A stretch of 64,000 nucleotides of DNA, from the NCBI GenBank assembly GCA_038087875.1, contig CM075997.1, forward strand, positions 248,001 through 312,000, given 5' to 3'. The position numbers and the translations under genes are program-made. The notes below the pieces were generated by a model. That model had not been told where the DNA came from. It was given only the letters and a program-made list of their open reading frames with translations, and searched no databases. Positions within the stretch are counted from its first letter, which is position 1. Each line of letters starts with the position of its first letter. Positions 21,895-36,324 of this stretch are shown in pieces. Source of the DNA: Malacoraja senta. Lineage: Eukaryota.

Positions 21895-24800
21895 GATGAG
21901 TAGCCCACTCCAGCTGCACAAAAACATTGTCAGCATAAATTAATTTCTATACCAAAATGGCGACACATTGTTGTACAAACGGCAGGGGAACATCCAGGCC
22001 ACACACACATCTCCCCACTATCTTCAGGTAGAAGGTGATGATACAATGATACAATTTATTTGTTGTCATTTGAACCTCATTGAGGTTCAAACAAAATTTG
22101 GTTTCTGCAGTCATACAAACAAGTAGAACAACCAAGACACTACACAACACGAGACTGCGGGACCTGGAGCTGGGGCGGTGGCCCGGAGCGGAGACTGCGG
22201 GACCCGGGGCTGGTGCTGTGGCGGGCCGTCTCGGAGCGGAGACGGCGTTCCAACATTCGGCGACGGCGACATCACCACGGAGGTCCGCTGGACTGGAGGG
22301 CGGCATCTTCGGCCTGGATCGATCGCCTCAGCGCAGAGGGAGAACAAGGAGGGAAGAGACGGAGGCTAAGACTTTGCCTCCATCACAGTGAGGGTGTGCT
22401 TGGTGAACTCACTGTGGTGGATGTTTAACTTGTGTTTATTGTATGTTTTGTTATTATTGGTTCTGTGTATGACTGCAGGCATCACAATTTCGTTCAGACC
22501 GAAAGGTCTGAATGACAATAAAGGAAACTTGAATTTACACAAACATGGTACAGGAGCCTGAAGACTGCAACGACCAGGTTCAGGAACAGAAACTTCCCCA
22601 CAGCCATCAGGCTATAAAACTCAGCTCGGACAAAACTCTGAACATTAATAGCCCATTATCTGTTATTTGCACTTTATCAGTTTATTTATTCATGTGTATA
22701 TATTTATATTATAGTGTATGGACACACTGATCTGTTTTGTAGTAAATGCCTACTATGTTCTGTTGTGCTGAAGCAAAGCAAGAATTTCATTGTCCTATCA
22801 GGGACACATGTCAATAAACTCACTTGAACTCTTGAGTGCTCTGCAAGTTCTCTGGCATGTCAGTACACTTACCCATTTCCTGCTATACATTCATTTGCAT
22901 TTGTCAGCTGGTTTATACTGAAGACAGACACAAAATACTGGAACAACTCAGCAGGTCAGGCAGCATCGGTGGAGGGAAGGAATAGGTGACGTTACGGGTC
23001 GGAACCCTTCTTCAGACTGGCTATAGCATCTGTGGAGGGATTAAACAGATGAGGTTTAGCGTCTGGACCCTTCAGAACGATTTGTCTGAAACGCTCTGAA
23101 GTAGGGTCCCCACCCAAAACGTCGCCAGTCTCTATCCACCTCAGATGCTGCCTGACCCGCTGAGTTCCTGCAGCACATTGTGTTCTGCTCAATAGACAAT
23201 AGGTGCAGGAGTAGGCCATTCGGCCCTTAGAGCCAGCACCGCCATTTAATGTGATCATGGCTGATCATCCCCAATCAGTACCCCGTTCCTGCCTTCTCCC
23301 CATATCCCCTGACCGCTATCTTTAAGAGCCCTATCTAGCTCTCTTGAAAATATCCAGAGAACCGGCCAAGGCAGAGAATTCCACAGACTCACAACTCTCT
23401 GTGTGGAAAAAGTGTTTCCTCGTCTCCGTTCTAAATGGCTTGCCCCTTATTCTTAAACTGTGTGGCTTCTAATTCTGGACTCCCCCAACATCGGGAACAT
23501 GTTTTCAGACATATACTCCGTGCTATGCATTCTCCATCATTGCTTACTTCAGGATTTCCCCCAGTGTTTGCAGGGAAGCAGAATGTCACAATTACAATTG
23601 CATGCAAATATTTATGTGGTGGGGTCGATAATTGTGTCTTCATGGTTCCATGGAACGTGTCACTTCTGGGTTCCGGGAAAAGCAGAAGGCAAGTAACTGA
23701 ACTGTGAACCAACATAGCGTTTTCTGACCACTGCCTTCAGAAGATCTGTTTGGTTCTTCTTGTTTGGATGTGCCCATTGGCTGGGTGTCATGTCATGGAA
23801 ACCCATTCCGACCACAACCCAAGATAAGCCGCCGAATTCATGGAAGGAATGTTTAATAATAAATAACTTGGATCTACCAACAACCCCAAAGCAGAGGAGT
23901 GGGGACCCTCTTGCAGATAATTTCCATTTGTTTGGCATATTAATCTCTTAAAAGTTTGTAAATGCCACGAAGAAAAGGAAGGAGGCTGTGGTTTCTGTGC
24001 CTGTTGTGATGAGATTGCATTTAAAGTGTTCAGTTTTGAAGTGAAGGAGGGCAACAACGGATCCATCTGTCATCTGAACTTGCCTGGTCTCGATTCTAGC
24101 CTGGAATTTATTCCACATTCCTGCTTTCGTTGCTGCATATTTTTCTTCCTGCTTTTTCACGCTGAATGCTGCTGATGCCGTTTGTGTCCACCCTACATCT
24201 AACCCATGTCTGCACTGTCATTCTTCAGGGGCAACACCAGACCATGAGTCTCAGAAGGACGTAACGACATCTTGTAGTGAAAAAAACATATCTGCTTGAG
24301 ACATGCATGATCGCAATAGGTTTGGGCGGCACGGTGGCGCAGCGGTAGAGTTGCTGCCTCACAACGCCAGAGACTCAGTTCGATCCTGACTACGGGTGCT
24401 GTCTGTGCGGAGTTAGTACGTTCTACCTATGACTGCATGGGTTTTCTCCGGGTGCTCTAGTTGCCTGTCACACTCCAAAGATGTGTAGGTTTGTCGGCTA
24501 ATTGGCTTCTGTAACTGGGTAGGAAAGAACTGCAGATGCTGGTTTAAATCGAAGATAGACAACAAAATTCTGGAGTAACTCAGGCAGCATCTCTGGGGAG
24601 AAGGAATGGGTGACGTTTCGGGTCGAGACCCTTCTTCAGACTTGCTTTTGTAAATTGTCCCTTGTGTGTAGGACAGTAGGGGGTGATCGCTGGTGTGTGC
24701 AGGCCAGTGAGCCGAAGGGCCTGTTTCCATGCAGGATCTCAAAAGTCTAAAAGTTTCGACAGAGTTAATATAAAGTAAAAAAGACACAGAGTGACAGAGT

Positions 24801-25569
24801 AACACAGTGGGTCAGGAAACATCTCTGGAGAGCATGAATAGGTGATGTATAGGAAGGGACTGCAGATGCTGGTTTAAACCAAAGATAGACACAAAAAGCT
24901 GGTGTAACTCAGCAGGTCAGGCAGCATCTCTGGAGCAAAGGAATAGGTGATGTTTCTGGTCGAGACCCTTCTTCAGACCTGAAGACCAGTCTGAAGAAGG
25001 GTCTCGACCCGAAATGTCGCCTATTTTCTCCAGCGATGCTGTCTGACCTACTGGGTGGTTACTCCAGCATTTCCAGCATCTTATCTATGAATAGGTGATG
25101 TTTTGGTCGGATCCCTTCTTCAGATTGTACAGAAAAACTACTCTTAGTCAGCATAAAGAGTTGCCCGTTTAAGATGAGGAAGAATTTCATCTCTGAGCTT
25201 CACGAATCTTTGGAATTTTCTGCGTAAGAGAGTCGTGAAGATTGAGTCATTGTACAGATTCCGGGCCAAGATAGTTTGAGTCTCGCTCTGTAGGGGAGTT
25301 GAGGATGATGGGGAACAGACTGAGGCCAAAATCTGATCCATTCTGATCTTTTTAAATGACACGGGAGGCTCGTGAACAAATGCCTCCTCATGCTCTTAAG
25401 CAAGACCTGCGGAGTATTTCTAAATATTTTTGGTTTTATTTCAGATCTCCAGGGTTTGTAATATGTTTGCTTTCGTTAAGGGAAATGGGTAAAAGAAAAT
25501 AATTTGTTGAGTGAAGGGGATTAGTTTTATTGATTTGTTCCTCAAAGAAACTGCACCCACGCAATCATC

Positions 25570-25875
25570 TCAGCACTGCCATCGGGAAGAAGGTACAGGA
25601 GCCTGAAAACTGTAACGTCCAGGTTCCGGAACAGCTTCTTCCCTACAGCCATCGGGCTATTAAACATAACAACGAATAAGCTCTGAACTACAACAGAATA
25701 TTAGTATTATTGCACTATAATTGTTTATTTATTGAGTATGAGTGAATGTGTATATACACATACTGAACTTTTTTTATCTGTCATTTTATGTACCATGTTT
25801 ACATATTCTGTTGTGCTGCAGCAAGTAAGAATTTCATTGTTCTATCTGGGACACATGACAATAAAACACTCTTGA
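25570..25875 (+). mobile_element. Rex1/Babar-like LINE 3' fragment
   Basis: LPSGRRYRSLKTVTSRFRNSFFPTAIGLLN plus tail. Second copy at about 22547-22830. Confidence 0.65.
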
Positions 25876-27954
25876 CATTTTTGATGGACCTTCTGGCCTT
25901 CTGCTCCGCCAGTATAGGGTGTAGTTCTGGTCGTCCCATTACCAGAAGGTTATGGAGAGGGTGTAGGAGAGTGTAACACTGTCTGAATTAGAGTCATGAC
26001 GAGGTTGATCAAACTTGAATTATTTTCCCTGGAGCATCAGAGATTGAGGCGGACCTGATGGAAGTATATGACATAGATAGGGTAGACAGTCAGAACCTTT
26101 TCCCAGGTTGGTAAATGTCAAAGACTTGACTTTAATGGTATAGCTTTAAGGTGACGGGGGCAAAAGTTAAAGGTGATGTGTGGGACAATGTTTTTTTGTA
26201 CACAGAGAGTGGTGGGTGTCTGGAACATGCTGCCAGGGGTGGTGGTGGAGGCAGATACAACAGTGCCATTTAAGAGGCTATTGGATAGGCACATGGATAT
26301 TCCGGAATGGACATGGATCATGTGTAGGTAGAGATTGGGCAGCACGGTGGTGAAGCGGTAGAATTGCTGCCTTACAGAGCTTGCAGCGCCAGAGACTCAG
26401 GTTCGATCCCGACTGCGGGTGCTGTCTGTACGGAGTTTGCACGTTCTCCCCGTGACCTGCGTGGGTTTTCGCCGAGATCTTCAGTTTCCTCCCACACTCC
26501 AAAGATGTGCAGGTTTGTAGGTCAATTGACTTGGTACAAATGTAAAATGGACCTAGTGTGTGTAGGATAATATTAGTGTGCAGGGATCGCTGGTCGGTGG
26601 GGACTCGGTGGGCTAAAGGGCCTGTTTCTGCACTGTATCTCTAACGTCAAATAAATTAATTTCACTTGGCACTGTGCTCGGTGTGGCCACTGTCGGCTGA
26701 TGGGCCCTGATCCTGTGTTGTACTGTTCTATGTTCTATAATGGCATTCTATCCTCACCCAGGAAGTCATTAATGGCCAACTAGATGTTGCCATCCCTTGA
26801 ATTCTACTCGGGAGTCTGCTGGTACTACAAGGTAACGTCCAGATGTGAGAAAGGTGTTAAATATTGTGTTTAAAAAATAAAAAAATTAGAATTTATTGGA
26901 CAGGAATAAAAGCTGTTTTGGAGATAGGTTAAGGATCAATTAAATGAGGATTAAAGAATCTAATTTTCAAAAACATTATGGGTTGGCAGACACGGATTCA
27001 TTAACTGATGGACTCGGAGTAGTCAGAGGCAAGTCATTATTTATTGAAAAAAAGACACCAAGTGCTGGAGCAACTCGCTGGTTCAGGCAGCATCTGTGGA
27101 GAACATGGATAGGTGATGTTTTGGGTCAGGATTGTGCCTCGGTACATGTGGCAATGAACTAAACTAAACTAAAACTACAGATAGACACAAAATGCTGGAG
27201 TAACTCAGCGGGACAGGCAGGATCTCTGGAGAAAAGGAATGGGTGACTTTTTGGGTCGAAGTCTGAGGAAGGGTCTCAACTTGAAACGTCACCCATTCCT
27301 TCTCTCCAGAGATGCTGCCTGTCCCGCTGGGTTACTCCAGCATTTTGTGTCTATTTTCAGTTTAAACCAGCATCTGCAGTTCCTTCTAAAACTAAAACTA
27401 AGTATCACTAACTATTCCTTTGAGGCAGCTAGCATTGTTTTAATAACCAACATGATTAGAGAAACAGGAAGTCAAAGGTTTGGGTTGATTGTTGCATAGT
27501 TCTCTTTCTTCTAAGGCCCCAACGTGTCAGGAAGGGAACAGTTTGGTTTCGAGCCAGTTGCAAGCCACCTGCTGCATTGGTTGAGGTTGATGCATTGGTG
27601 TCGAGCCCACATTGCGATCCGTATAGAATATTTTCTGTTAAATTTGGGACCTGCATCTCGTGCAATGTTCGGCATTTAGTTGCACCGTTTCTGTGCCGAT
27701 TTGCAGGGAGGACGTGGGTCTATCCAGCACAAAGCCACTTCTTTCCTCTTCCAACCCACCCCCACCAACCTCGCTAAAGCTCTTTAGTCCAGACACAGAT
27801 ACCGCATGGAAACAGGCCCTCCAGCCCACCATGACCACGCCAACCATCGACCATCTGTTCACACTAGTTCTATGTTAACCCCCTTTAGATTTGGATGGCC
27901 CATTTAGTCTGTGATGAGCCAAGGAGTTTTGGTTTAGTGATAATAGATAATACA

Positions 27955-28310
27955 TAATAGGTGCAGGAGTAGGCCATTCGGCCCTTCGAGCCAGCACCGC
28001 CATTCAATGTGATCAGGGCTGATCATCCCCAATCAATACCCCGTTCCTGCCTTCTCCCCATATCCCCTGACTCCGCTATTTTTAAGAGCCCTATCTAGCT
28101 CTCTCTTGAAAGCATCCAGAGAACCTGCCTCCACCGCCCTCTGACGCGGAGAATTCCACAGACTCACCACTCTCTGTGAGAAAAAGTGTTTCCTCGTCTC
28201 CGTTCTAAATGGCTTACCCCTTATTCTTAAACTGTGGCCCCTGGTTCTGGACTCCCCCAACATCGGGAACATGTTTCCTGCCTCTAGCGTGTCCAAACCC
28301 TTAACAATCT
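27955..28310 (-). mobile_element. CR1-clade LINE 3' fragment
   Basis: GLDTLEAGNMFPMLGESRTRGHSLRIRGKPFRTE..FFSQRVVSLWNS. Near-identical copy at about 58070-58465. Confidence 0.85.
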
Positions 28311-29608
28311 GATGCAGCACGGAAATAGACCCTTCAGCCCAGCAAGTCCATGCTGACCAGCGATCCAGCTGGAGTAACTCAGCGGGTCAGGCAGCATCTC
28401 TGGAGAAAAGGAATAGGTGACAAGACCCTTCCTCAGACATCTCGACCTGGAACGCCACCTATTCCTTTTTCTCCAGAGATGCTGCCTGACCCGCTGAGTT
28501 ACCCCAGCTTTTTGTGTCTGTCTTTGGTTTAAACCAGCATCTGCAGTTCCTCCCTACACATCAAGGCTGTGCAGGTTGGTGCAAGACTCTGATAGTTGCA
28601 TCCCCCAAGCAAGGTGTTCATCGTGAATGAGCCGAGCTTCTTGTCGTGTGAGTTGGAGAAGAACCAGTAGGTGACACCATTCCAAAGGTCTTAAAGATAG
28701 TGGAGTCAGGGGATATGGGGAGAAGGCAGGAATGGGGTACTAATTGTGGATGATCAGCCATGATCACAGTGAATGGCGGTGCTGGCTCGAAGGGCCGAAT
28801 GGCCTACTCCTGCACCTATTGTCTATTGTCTATTGTCTATCTGCTGCACTTGCCCATATGTGGTTTGGGGTCAAAGGATGGACACAAACAGCTGGAGTAA
28901 CTCAGCGGGACAGGCAGCATCTCTGGAGAGAAGGAATGGGTGACGTTTCGGGTCGAGACCCTTCTTCAGACTTCACATCCAGTGCAGTGAGTTTTGCACA
29001 TTGTACAAGAGAGATGTTTTTTTTCTTTATTGCACTTCTTCCCCCCTGCTCAATGTCATCATCTCTTTGACTAAGAATGGTGCAATCCGCAAGGTTTTTA
29101 ATTCCAGGTTTGGTCGAATTGCCCTTTTAAGGCAATGGATTTAAAAAATATATATATATTGCCCTTTTAAAATTGTGTGGTGTTGGCGGAAGTGTGTGGC
29201 TGTGCATTGTGGGGTTAGGCGTGTATGTGTGAAGGCAGGCAGGGAACAAACAGTCGGGGACTGGGAAAGAAATGCAGCCGAGAGTGGTTGCTACAGTGTG
29301 GAGTCAGGAGTAGCTTAGGTGCAAACATGTTGCAACAGGACTGTTGAGCAGCTACTCGGTGCGGCAAGGGAGGAGAGAGACGGAGACCAAGAACAACAAC
29401 ACAAAAAAGGACTCTATCCCACCCTGGCAGCTTTGTAACTCTGCCTTTACATTTCAAAGGAAGCAAGAAGAGGCGGAACGAGAGAGAGCGAGCGAGAGAG
29501 AATCTGTGTGTGTGTGTAACCAGAAAAACGCCAGACCAGGAAATTAGTCTTTAGAGCCTCCGCCAGCCACGAAAGACTTTAAAAGGTTAAGTTCCACCGA
29601 AGCCCAAC

Positions 29609-29613
29609 ATGAG
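29609..29613 (+). CDS. Candidate first coding exon end ATG AG| (M-S/R), Ena/VASP-like architecture, with a putative 5' UTR from about 29200
   Basis: ccaacATGAG|gtagga: A at -3 and a good donor, preceded by about 400 nt of repeat-free purine-rich sequence with (GA)n and (GT)n tracts. Exon 2 not found. Confidence 0.45.
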
Positions 29614-31769
29614 GTAGGATTTCAGCTTTTGTCAATTTCCTGACCTGCTTGTTTCTAACAGCCACGCTTGCCCGTTTCAATGTGGAATTAGTTTGAACAA
29701 GAATAGTTCTGAAAAAGTAAAAAAAATAAAAACACTGAGGTCGCCGCTTACATCTGACTTGAGAAATACTGGTGTTAAGGAAAAGTGGGCGAATCCTGGC
29801 GATTATTACATTTCAAGTCTGAAGAAGGGTCTCGGCCCGAAACGTTGCCTATTTCCTTCGCTCCATAGATGCTGCCTCACCCGCTGAGTTTCTCCAGCAC
29901 TTTTGTCGACATTACATTTCAAACCCCAGCTTAATTTTTAACTCGGGCTTTCTCTTCGGTTTTCAAAACCATTTCTTTCTTCGGCTCCACAGACCGGCCG
30001 TGAGATTTAAAAACAAGTTTCCACGAAACTTAGGAAAGTACCCAACGTTTTATTGAATACAGTTGCCTGATCACACAGTATTGAAAATATTTTGTGCAAT
30101 AATGTAACGTCACAATTCGCTGTGTGGTAATTCATTTCGATCTTGGGTAAAGAGTCTCAAATCTCCAGTGATATGGCACTCAAATAGATTAGTTTTTAAA
30201 TATTGTACTTGTTAAGAACCACTGCTGTATAACGTCTATGAACCAATGTTGTCGAACGTTAGTCCCTCCACCAAAGTAAAACACTTTGGCCAACGAGTTG
30301 TTTTTTAAATGTGCTATAGAAATAAAAGTGACTTGACTTGACTTAAGGGAGTCTTTAACAATTGACACCTTTTCATAGTGATTAGGGCTTCCTGTTGCCA
30401 TTTTCTGATCAGAAAAAAAAAGAGATCTGACAGCCTTGGCACGCAGTGTTGGTTATTGTGGTTAAGTTGATCAAAGTTAACAGTAACGGCTCCAATTGAT
30501 TGTTGAAGTGCCTCGGTAACCAATTGTTCAATAGACAGGACCAAGAAACTAAACTGAAGTTTGTCATCTCAGACAGACACAAAAAGCTGGAGTAACTCAG
30601 CAGGACAGGCAGCAGCATCCCTGGAGAGAAGGAATGGGTGACGTTTTGGGTCGAGACCCTTCTTGAGACCTTCTTCAGTCTGAAGATGGGCCTCGACCCG
30701 AAACATCACCCGTTCCTTCTCTCCAGAGATGCTGCCTGTCCCGCTGAGTTCCTCCAGCATTTTGTCTATCTTTTCAGTGTAAACCAGCGTCTGCAGTTCC
30801 TTCCTACACAGTTTGTAGTCTCCGCCTAAGTTTTCTCCTCTGTGTTAAAAGCCAAATGACCTGAAACTGGGCTCGCAGCTCATGATCATATTGAATGGCG
30901 GTGCAGGCTCGAAGGGCCGAATGGCCTACTCCTGCACCTATTTTCTATGTATCTATCTATGTATCTATTCCAGAAAGGAGTGGACAGTGAACATACCAAG
31001 CGGATGTAACCGCAGGTTGCGAACTAGAGCTGGGGATACAGACTAAGGATAAGGTGGCTACTATTTAGTATTGAAATGTTTCTCCACATGAGAGAGTCTA
31101 AAGAGTGTTTCATTGTTTTGTGTAACAACAACAGAACAGTGAGGTTGGGGGGAAATATCCAAATATACCAGAGGTGTAGATAGGGTAGACAGTCAGAACC
31201 TTTTCCCAGAGTGGAGATGTCAAACACTAGAGGGCGTATCTGTAAGGTGAGAGGGGGGAAGTTTAATGGAGATGTCGGGGGGTACGTTTTAACACAGAGG
31301 GTGGTGGGTGCTTGGAACGTGTGGCCAGGGGTGGTGGTGGTGGAGGCAGATACGATAGTGGTGTTTACGTAGCATTTTGGATAGGCACATGGAAGTGTAG
31401 GGAATGGAGGGATATGGATCATGTACAGGCACATGAGATCAGTTTAACTTGACATCATGTTCGACACAAACATTGCTGTATGACTTGCAGCAGAATAACA
31501 GGCCTGAAAGCACAACACTCATCAGCAATAATTTAAAAAAAAAAATAATAGACAATATTGGAGCACAAAAAAACCCCAAATTCCTCAGTTATATTCCCAA
31601 TTACAGACCGTCCATAGAAGTTCTCAGTGGAGATTGGTATTGATTTGTGCATGGTCATTGTTGGGGACAACCTGGTGGTCACGGTGAACTGTAAATCAAT
31701 CTATTTCTGTACCTGGAAGAGGCTTGGTTGCTTTGTTGTTGAGATCAATGAGATGAGAATCAGAGGACA

Positions 31770-32100
31770 GACCCAGAGTGCTGGAGTAACTCAGCGGGTC
31801 AGGCAGCATCTGTGGAGCGAAGGAAATGGGCAACCTTTCGGGCCGAAACCCTGAAGGAAATAGGCAACGTTTCGGGCCGAAACCCGGAAGGGTTTCGGGC
31901 CGAAACGTTGCCTATTTCCTTCGCTCCATAGATGCTGCCGGAACATGGATAGGTGACGTTTCCCAGAGTGCTGGAGTAACTCAGCGGGTCAGGCAGCATC
32001 TGTGGAGAACATGGATAGGTGACGTTTCACAGAGTGCTGGAGTAACTCAGCGGGTCAGGCAGCATCTGTGGAGAACATGGATAGGTGACGTTTCGGGTCG
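31770..32100. repeat. 66-bp tandem array with embedded palindromic cassette
   Basis: Same unit and cassette as 14045-14868. A further short copy at about 15260-15575. Confidence 0.85.
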
Positions 32101-33404
32101 GGACCCATCTCTGGGTGATGGACTCTGCCCCATGGCGTCCAGCTTCTATTTCTGGATCCCACCTGAATTGTCCACTTGGTAGGACATCAACAGTCTTGGA
32201 TCAGATGCAGCGTAGGTTAGGTTAGGTGTAAAGTAAGGTTTCCATCCTGTAGAAATGAGGAACTGCTGATGTTGGCTTATTCAAAAGGACACAAAGTGCT
32301 GGAGTAACTCAGCAGGTCATGTTCATAAGTGATAGGAGGAGAATTGGGCCATTTGGCCCATCAAGTCTACTCCGCCATTCAATCATGGCTGATCTATCTC
32401 TCCCTCCTAACCCCATTCTCCTGCCTTCTCCCCATAACCCCTGACAGGCAGCATCTCTGCAAAAACAACCAATAACAGGAGAGCAGTCTTAAGCTGTTAT
32501 CTACCTCAATGGCGACCCCTTGGACTATCTTTCATCGGATTTTACCTGTCACTCTTTGGAGTTTAATAAAACATCTGGAGAAGGGTCTCGACCCGAAACG
32601 TCACCCATTCCTTCTCTCCAGTCTCACTGAGTTACTCCAGCATTTTGTGTCTGTCTTTGATAAAACCTCATCTGGTTTACCAATACCTTTAGGGCAGGAA
32701 ATGGACCGACCTCACCTTGATCAACAACCACAGGTAAACCACTTTGCTCAATCGCTGCTCTCCGATTCTGACTCTGGTCACTTTAACACAATCACTCTCC
32801 CCAGCAGCAGACATGCCTTCATGCTAACCCACCAAACTCTAGCATTTCACTCCAAATCTTCTCTGCCTCTCTTTCCTCCTTTAAGAAGGTCCTTAAAAGT
32901 TCCTCTGAGAAAAGTTCTGATCATTTTCTTTAATATTTCCAGTCAGATTGCTTTGGTTCCAGTGAGGTCATAAGGGTTAGTAGCAGAATTAGGCCATTTG
33001 GCCCATCAAATCTACTCCGCCATTCAATCATGGCTGATCTACCTCTCCCTCCTAACCCAATTCTCCTGCCTTCTCCCCACAACCCCTGATACCTGTACCA
33101 ATCAAGAATCTATCTCTGCCATAAAAATATCCATCGACTTGGCCCCCACAGCCTTAAAATACTAGATTTCTTTAATTATAAGAGTTTTAATCTCTAAGCA
33201 GCCATGGTGGGATTTGAACATCTCAGAACTCTGACTGCTCTGTAATTTAACCTTCAAACCGCTTCAAATGATGTGTTTATGAAGGAACTGCAGATGCTGG
33301 AAAAATGGAAGGTAGACAAAAAATGCTGGAGAAACTCAGCGGGTGAGGCAGCATCTATGGAGAACATTGAAACGTGAGGTTTTTGGTCTAGACCCTTCTA
33401 AGTC

Positions 33405-33912
33405 ACTGCTCCATGTTCTCCAGAGATGCTGCCTGACCCACTGAGTTACTCCAGCACTCTGTGAAACGTCACCTATCCATGTTCCCCAGAGATGCTGCCT
33501 GACCCGCTGAGTTACTCCAGCACTCTGTGAAACATCACCTATCCATGTTCCCCACAGATGCTGCCTGACCCGCTGAGTTACTCCAGCGCTCTGGGAAACG
33601 TCACCTATCCATGTTCCGGCAGCATCTATGGAGCGAAGGAAATAGGCAAAGTTTCGGCCCGAAACCCTTCCGGGTTTCGGCCCGAAACGTTGCCTATTTC
33701 CTTCAGGGTTTCGGCCCAAAAGGTTGCCCATTTCCTTCGCTCCACAGATGCTGCCTGACCCGCTGAGTTACTCCAGCACTCTGTGAAACGTCACCTATCC
33801 ATGTTCTCCACAGATGCTGCCTGACCCGCTGAGTTACTCCAGCACTCTGTGAAACGTCACCTATCCATGTTCTCCAGAGATGCTGCCTGACCCGCTGAGT
33901 TACTCCAGCACT
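33405..33912. repeat. 66-bp tandem array with cassette, opposite orientation
   Basis: Reverse complement of the 66-bp unit. Cassette at about 33614-33748. Confidence 0.85.
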
Positions 33913-35191
33913 GTGTGTCCTTTTGTGTAAACCAGCATCTGCAACTCCTTGTGTCTGTTCCAACATGCTGTTCTCAGTCACAAAATTGAAGTATGGTTCA
34001 GGAAACTCTGCAAGACTATTTGAGAACAGTAAGTTCCCACAAACATCAATGAGAACAGTTCATCTCTGAAATGGTGTTGTTTGAGGGTTAAATATTGGCC
34101 AGGTATTTCTGGTAACTATGTAAATATAACTCGGCAACAGAAGTCCTCCTTGTCCTCTGTACTTTCTGTGTGTCCTGAAGATGATGTATCCTGGGTTATT
34201 CCCTGCAGGAAGGTCGACCATAACTTCCCGTGGCCTCAAGGCTAAATCCACACTCGCCACCAGCTATTAGCTAACAGGTGCAAGCAAGCAGTGGTCAGTG
34301 GTTGCGAGCAGAAACAGCTGTGGTGTAATCCATTACTTTGTGTGCATTTGTGTAAACCAGCATCTGCAGTTCCCTGTACACACTCCAGCATTCTGTGTCC
34401 TGGAGTGTTTTAACCAGCATCTGCAATTCCTTGTTTCTATATTTTGACATTCCTCTGCAAAATCTCATCAGGTCATGAGCGATAGGAGTAGAATTAGGCC
34501 ATTCGGCCCATCAAGTCTACTCCGCCATTCAATCATGGCTGATCTATCTCTCCCTCCTAACCCCATTCTCCTGCCTTCACCCCATAACCCCTGACACCTG
34601 CACTAATCAAGAATCTATCTATCTCTGCCTTAAAAATATCCACTGACTTGACCTCCACAGCCTTCAGTGGCAAAGATTTCCACTGATTCACCACCCTCTG
34701 GCTGAAGAAATTCCTCCTCATCTCCTTCCTAAATGAATGAATACGTTTATTGGCCAAGTATTCACATACAAGGAATTTGCCTTGGTGCTCTGCCCGCAAG
34801 TGACAACATGACATACAGTGACAGATAGGAATGACACATAAAACATTAAACATTAATCATTAATGTTAAAGGAACGTCCTTTAATTCTGAGGCTATGACC
34901 TCTAATCCTAGACTCTGCCACTGGTGGAAACATCACATGACCTCTCCTCAAGGTCTGGCCACTTTGAAGACGTTATCCTTGAGTTGGTCAGCGCCTGGCA
35001 CCACGACATTGAGCTAAGTGCACAATGCAATGAGGAACAAGCTGCTCTGTACACTGTGCCGGCACTTGTTTCTCTACTTAAGAAATCAATATAAAGTAAC
35101 CGGCTTGCAAAGCGGACAAGAGCAGTCAACAGGAAAATTTCCAAAGGGAATTGAATTAATACTTTTCAAAGGGAGTTACATAAATAAGTAA

Positions 35192-35526
35192 TGGGCCTGT
35201 CCCACTTACGTGATTTTTTTTTTCCGGCTACTTGCCGGCACCCGTCTTAGCCGCAGCAGGTTGCCGAAAATGTTCAACATGTTGAAAATCCAGCGGGGAC
35301 CAGAAAAAGGTTCTCTTTGGGCGACTACTCACGACCAAACAGGCATCGCCTTGAAAGGACATGTCGGCACGTGACGCCTGTATGGTCGTGAGTAGTCGCC
35401 CAAAGAGTCGTACCTTTTTCTGGTCCCCGCTGGATTTTCAACATGTTCAAAATCTTCGGCAACCTGCTGCGACTATGACGGGTGCCGGCAAGTCGCCGAA
35501 AAAATTGTGTAAGTGGGACAGGCCCT
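35192..35526. mobile_element. PIF/Harbinger-type MITE, almost fully palindromic
   Basis: TIRs gggcctgtcccactta / taagtgggacaggccc with a TAA TSD. The arms pair over nearly the whole length. Partial copy at about 53667-53871. Confidence 0.8.
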
Positions 35527-36290
35527 TAAGGGGCCGCACGGTGGAGAAACTGGTAGAGCTACTGCCTCAGAGACTCGGGTTCGAGCTGTAAGGGGAGGTT
35601 GAACAGGCTTTATTCCTTGGAGTGCAGGAGGATGAGGGGTGATCTTATAGAGTCGGGTAGATGAGTTAGTAGACAAAAGTGCTGGAGAAACTCAGCGGGT
35701 GGAGCAGCATCTATGGAGCGAAAGAAATAGGCAACGTTTCGGGCCGAAACCCTTCTTCAGACTGATGTGGGTAGATGAGTTGAGTCTCTTGCCCATAGTT
35801 GGGGAATCGAGGACCAGAGGACATAGGTTTAAGTTGATGAGGGAAGGATTTAATAGGAATCTGAGGGGTAACCTTTTCACACAAAGGGTGGTGGGTGTAT
35901 GGAACAAGCTGCCAGAGGAGGTAGGTGAGGCTGGGACTATCTCAATGTTTAAGAAATAATTAGACAGGTACATGGATAGGACGTGTATAGGGATATTGAC
36001 CAAACACAGGCAGATGGGACGAGTATAGGTGGAGCATGTTTGGGCCGAAGGGCCTGTTTCCACACTCTGCCTCTCTGACTCTATCTGTGACTGTGACTGT
36101 CAAGCAAGAAGTTCCGTAGTGTACTTTGAACTTTCAGCTCAACTTTATATAGGTGACTAGGACTGATGTCCTGACCTCCAGGATCCATTAGCAACTTGCA
36201 TTGAAACTCGGTTCGTTGAGGTACAAGCTGTCTCTCTCTGTGCATGGATGAACAGCCTTGGCAAAACGGCTGTAATATTTACATGCTGAG

Positions 36291-36324
<34 letters not shown>

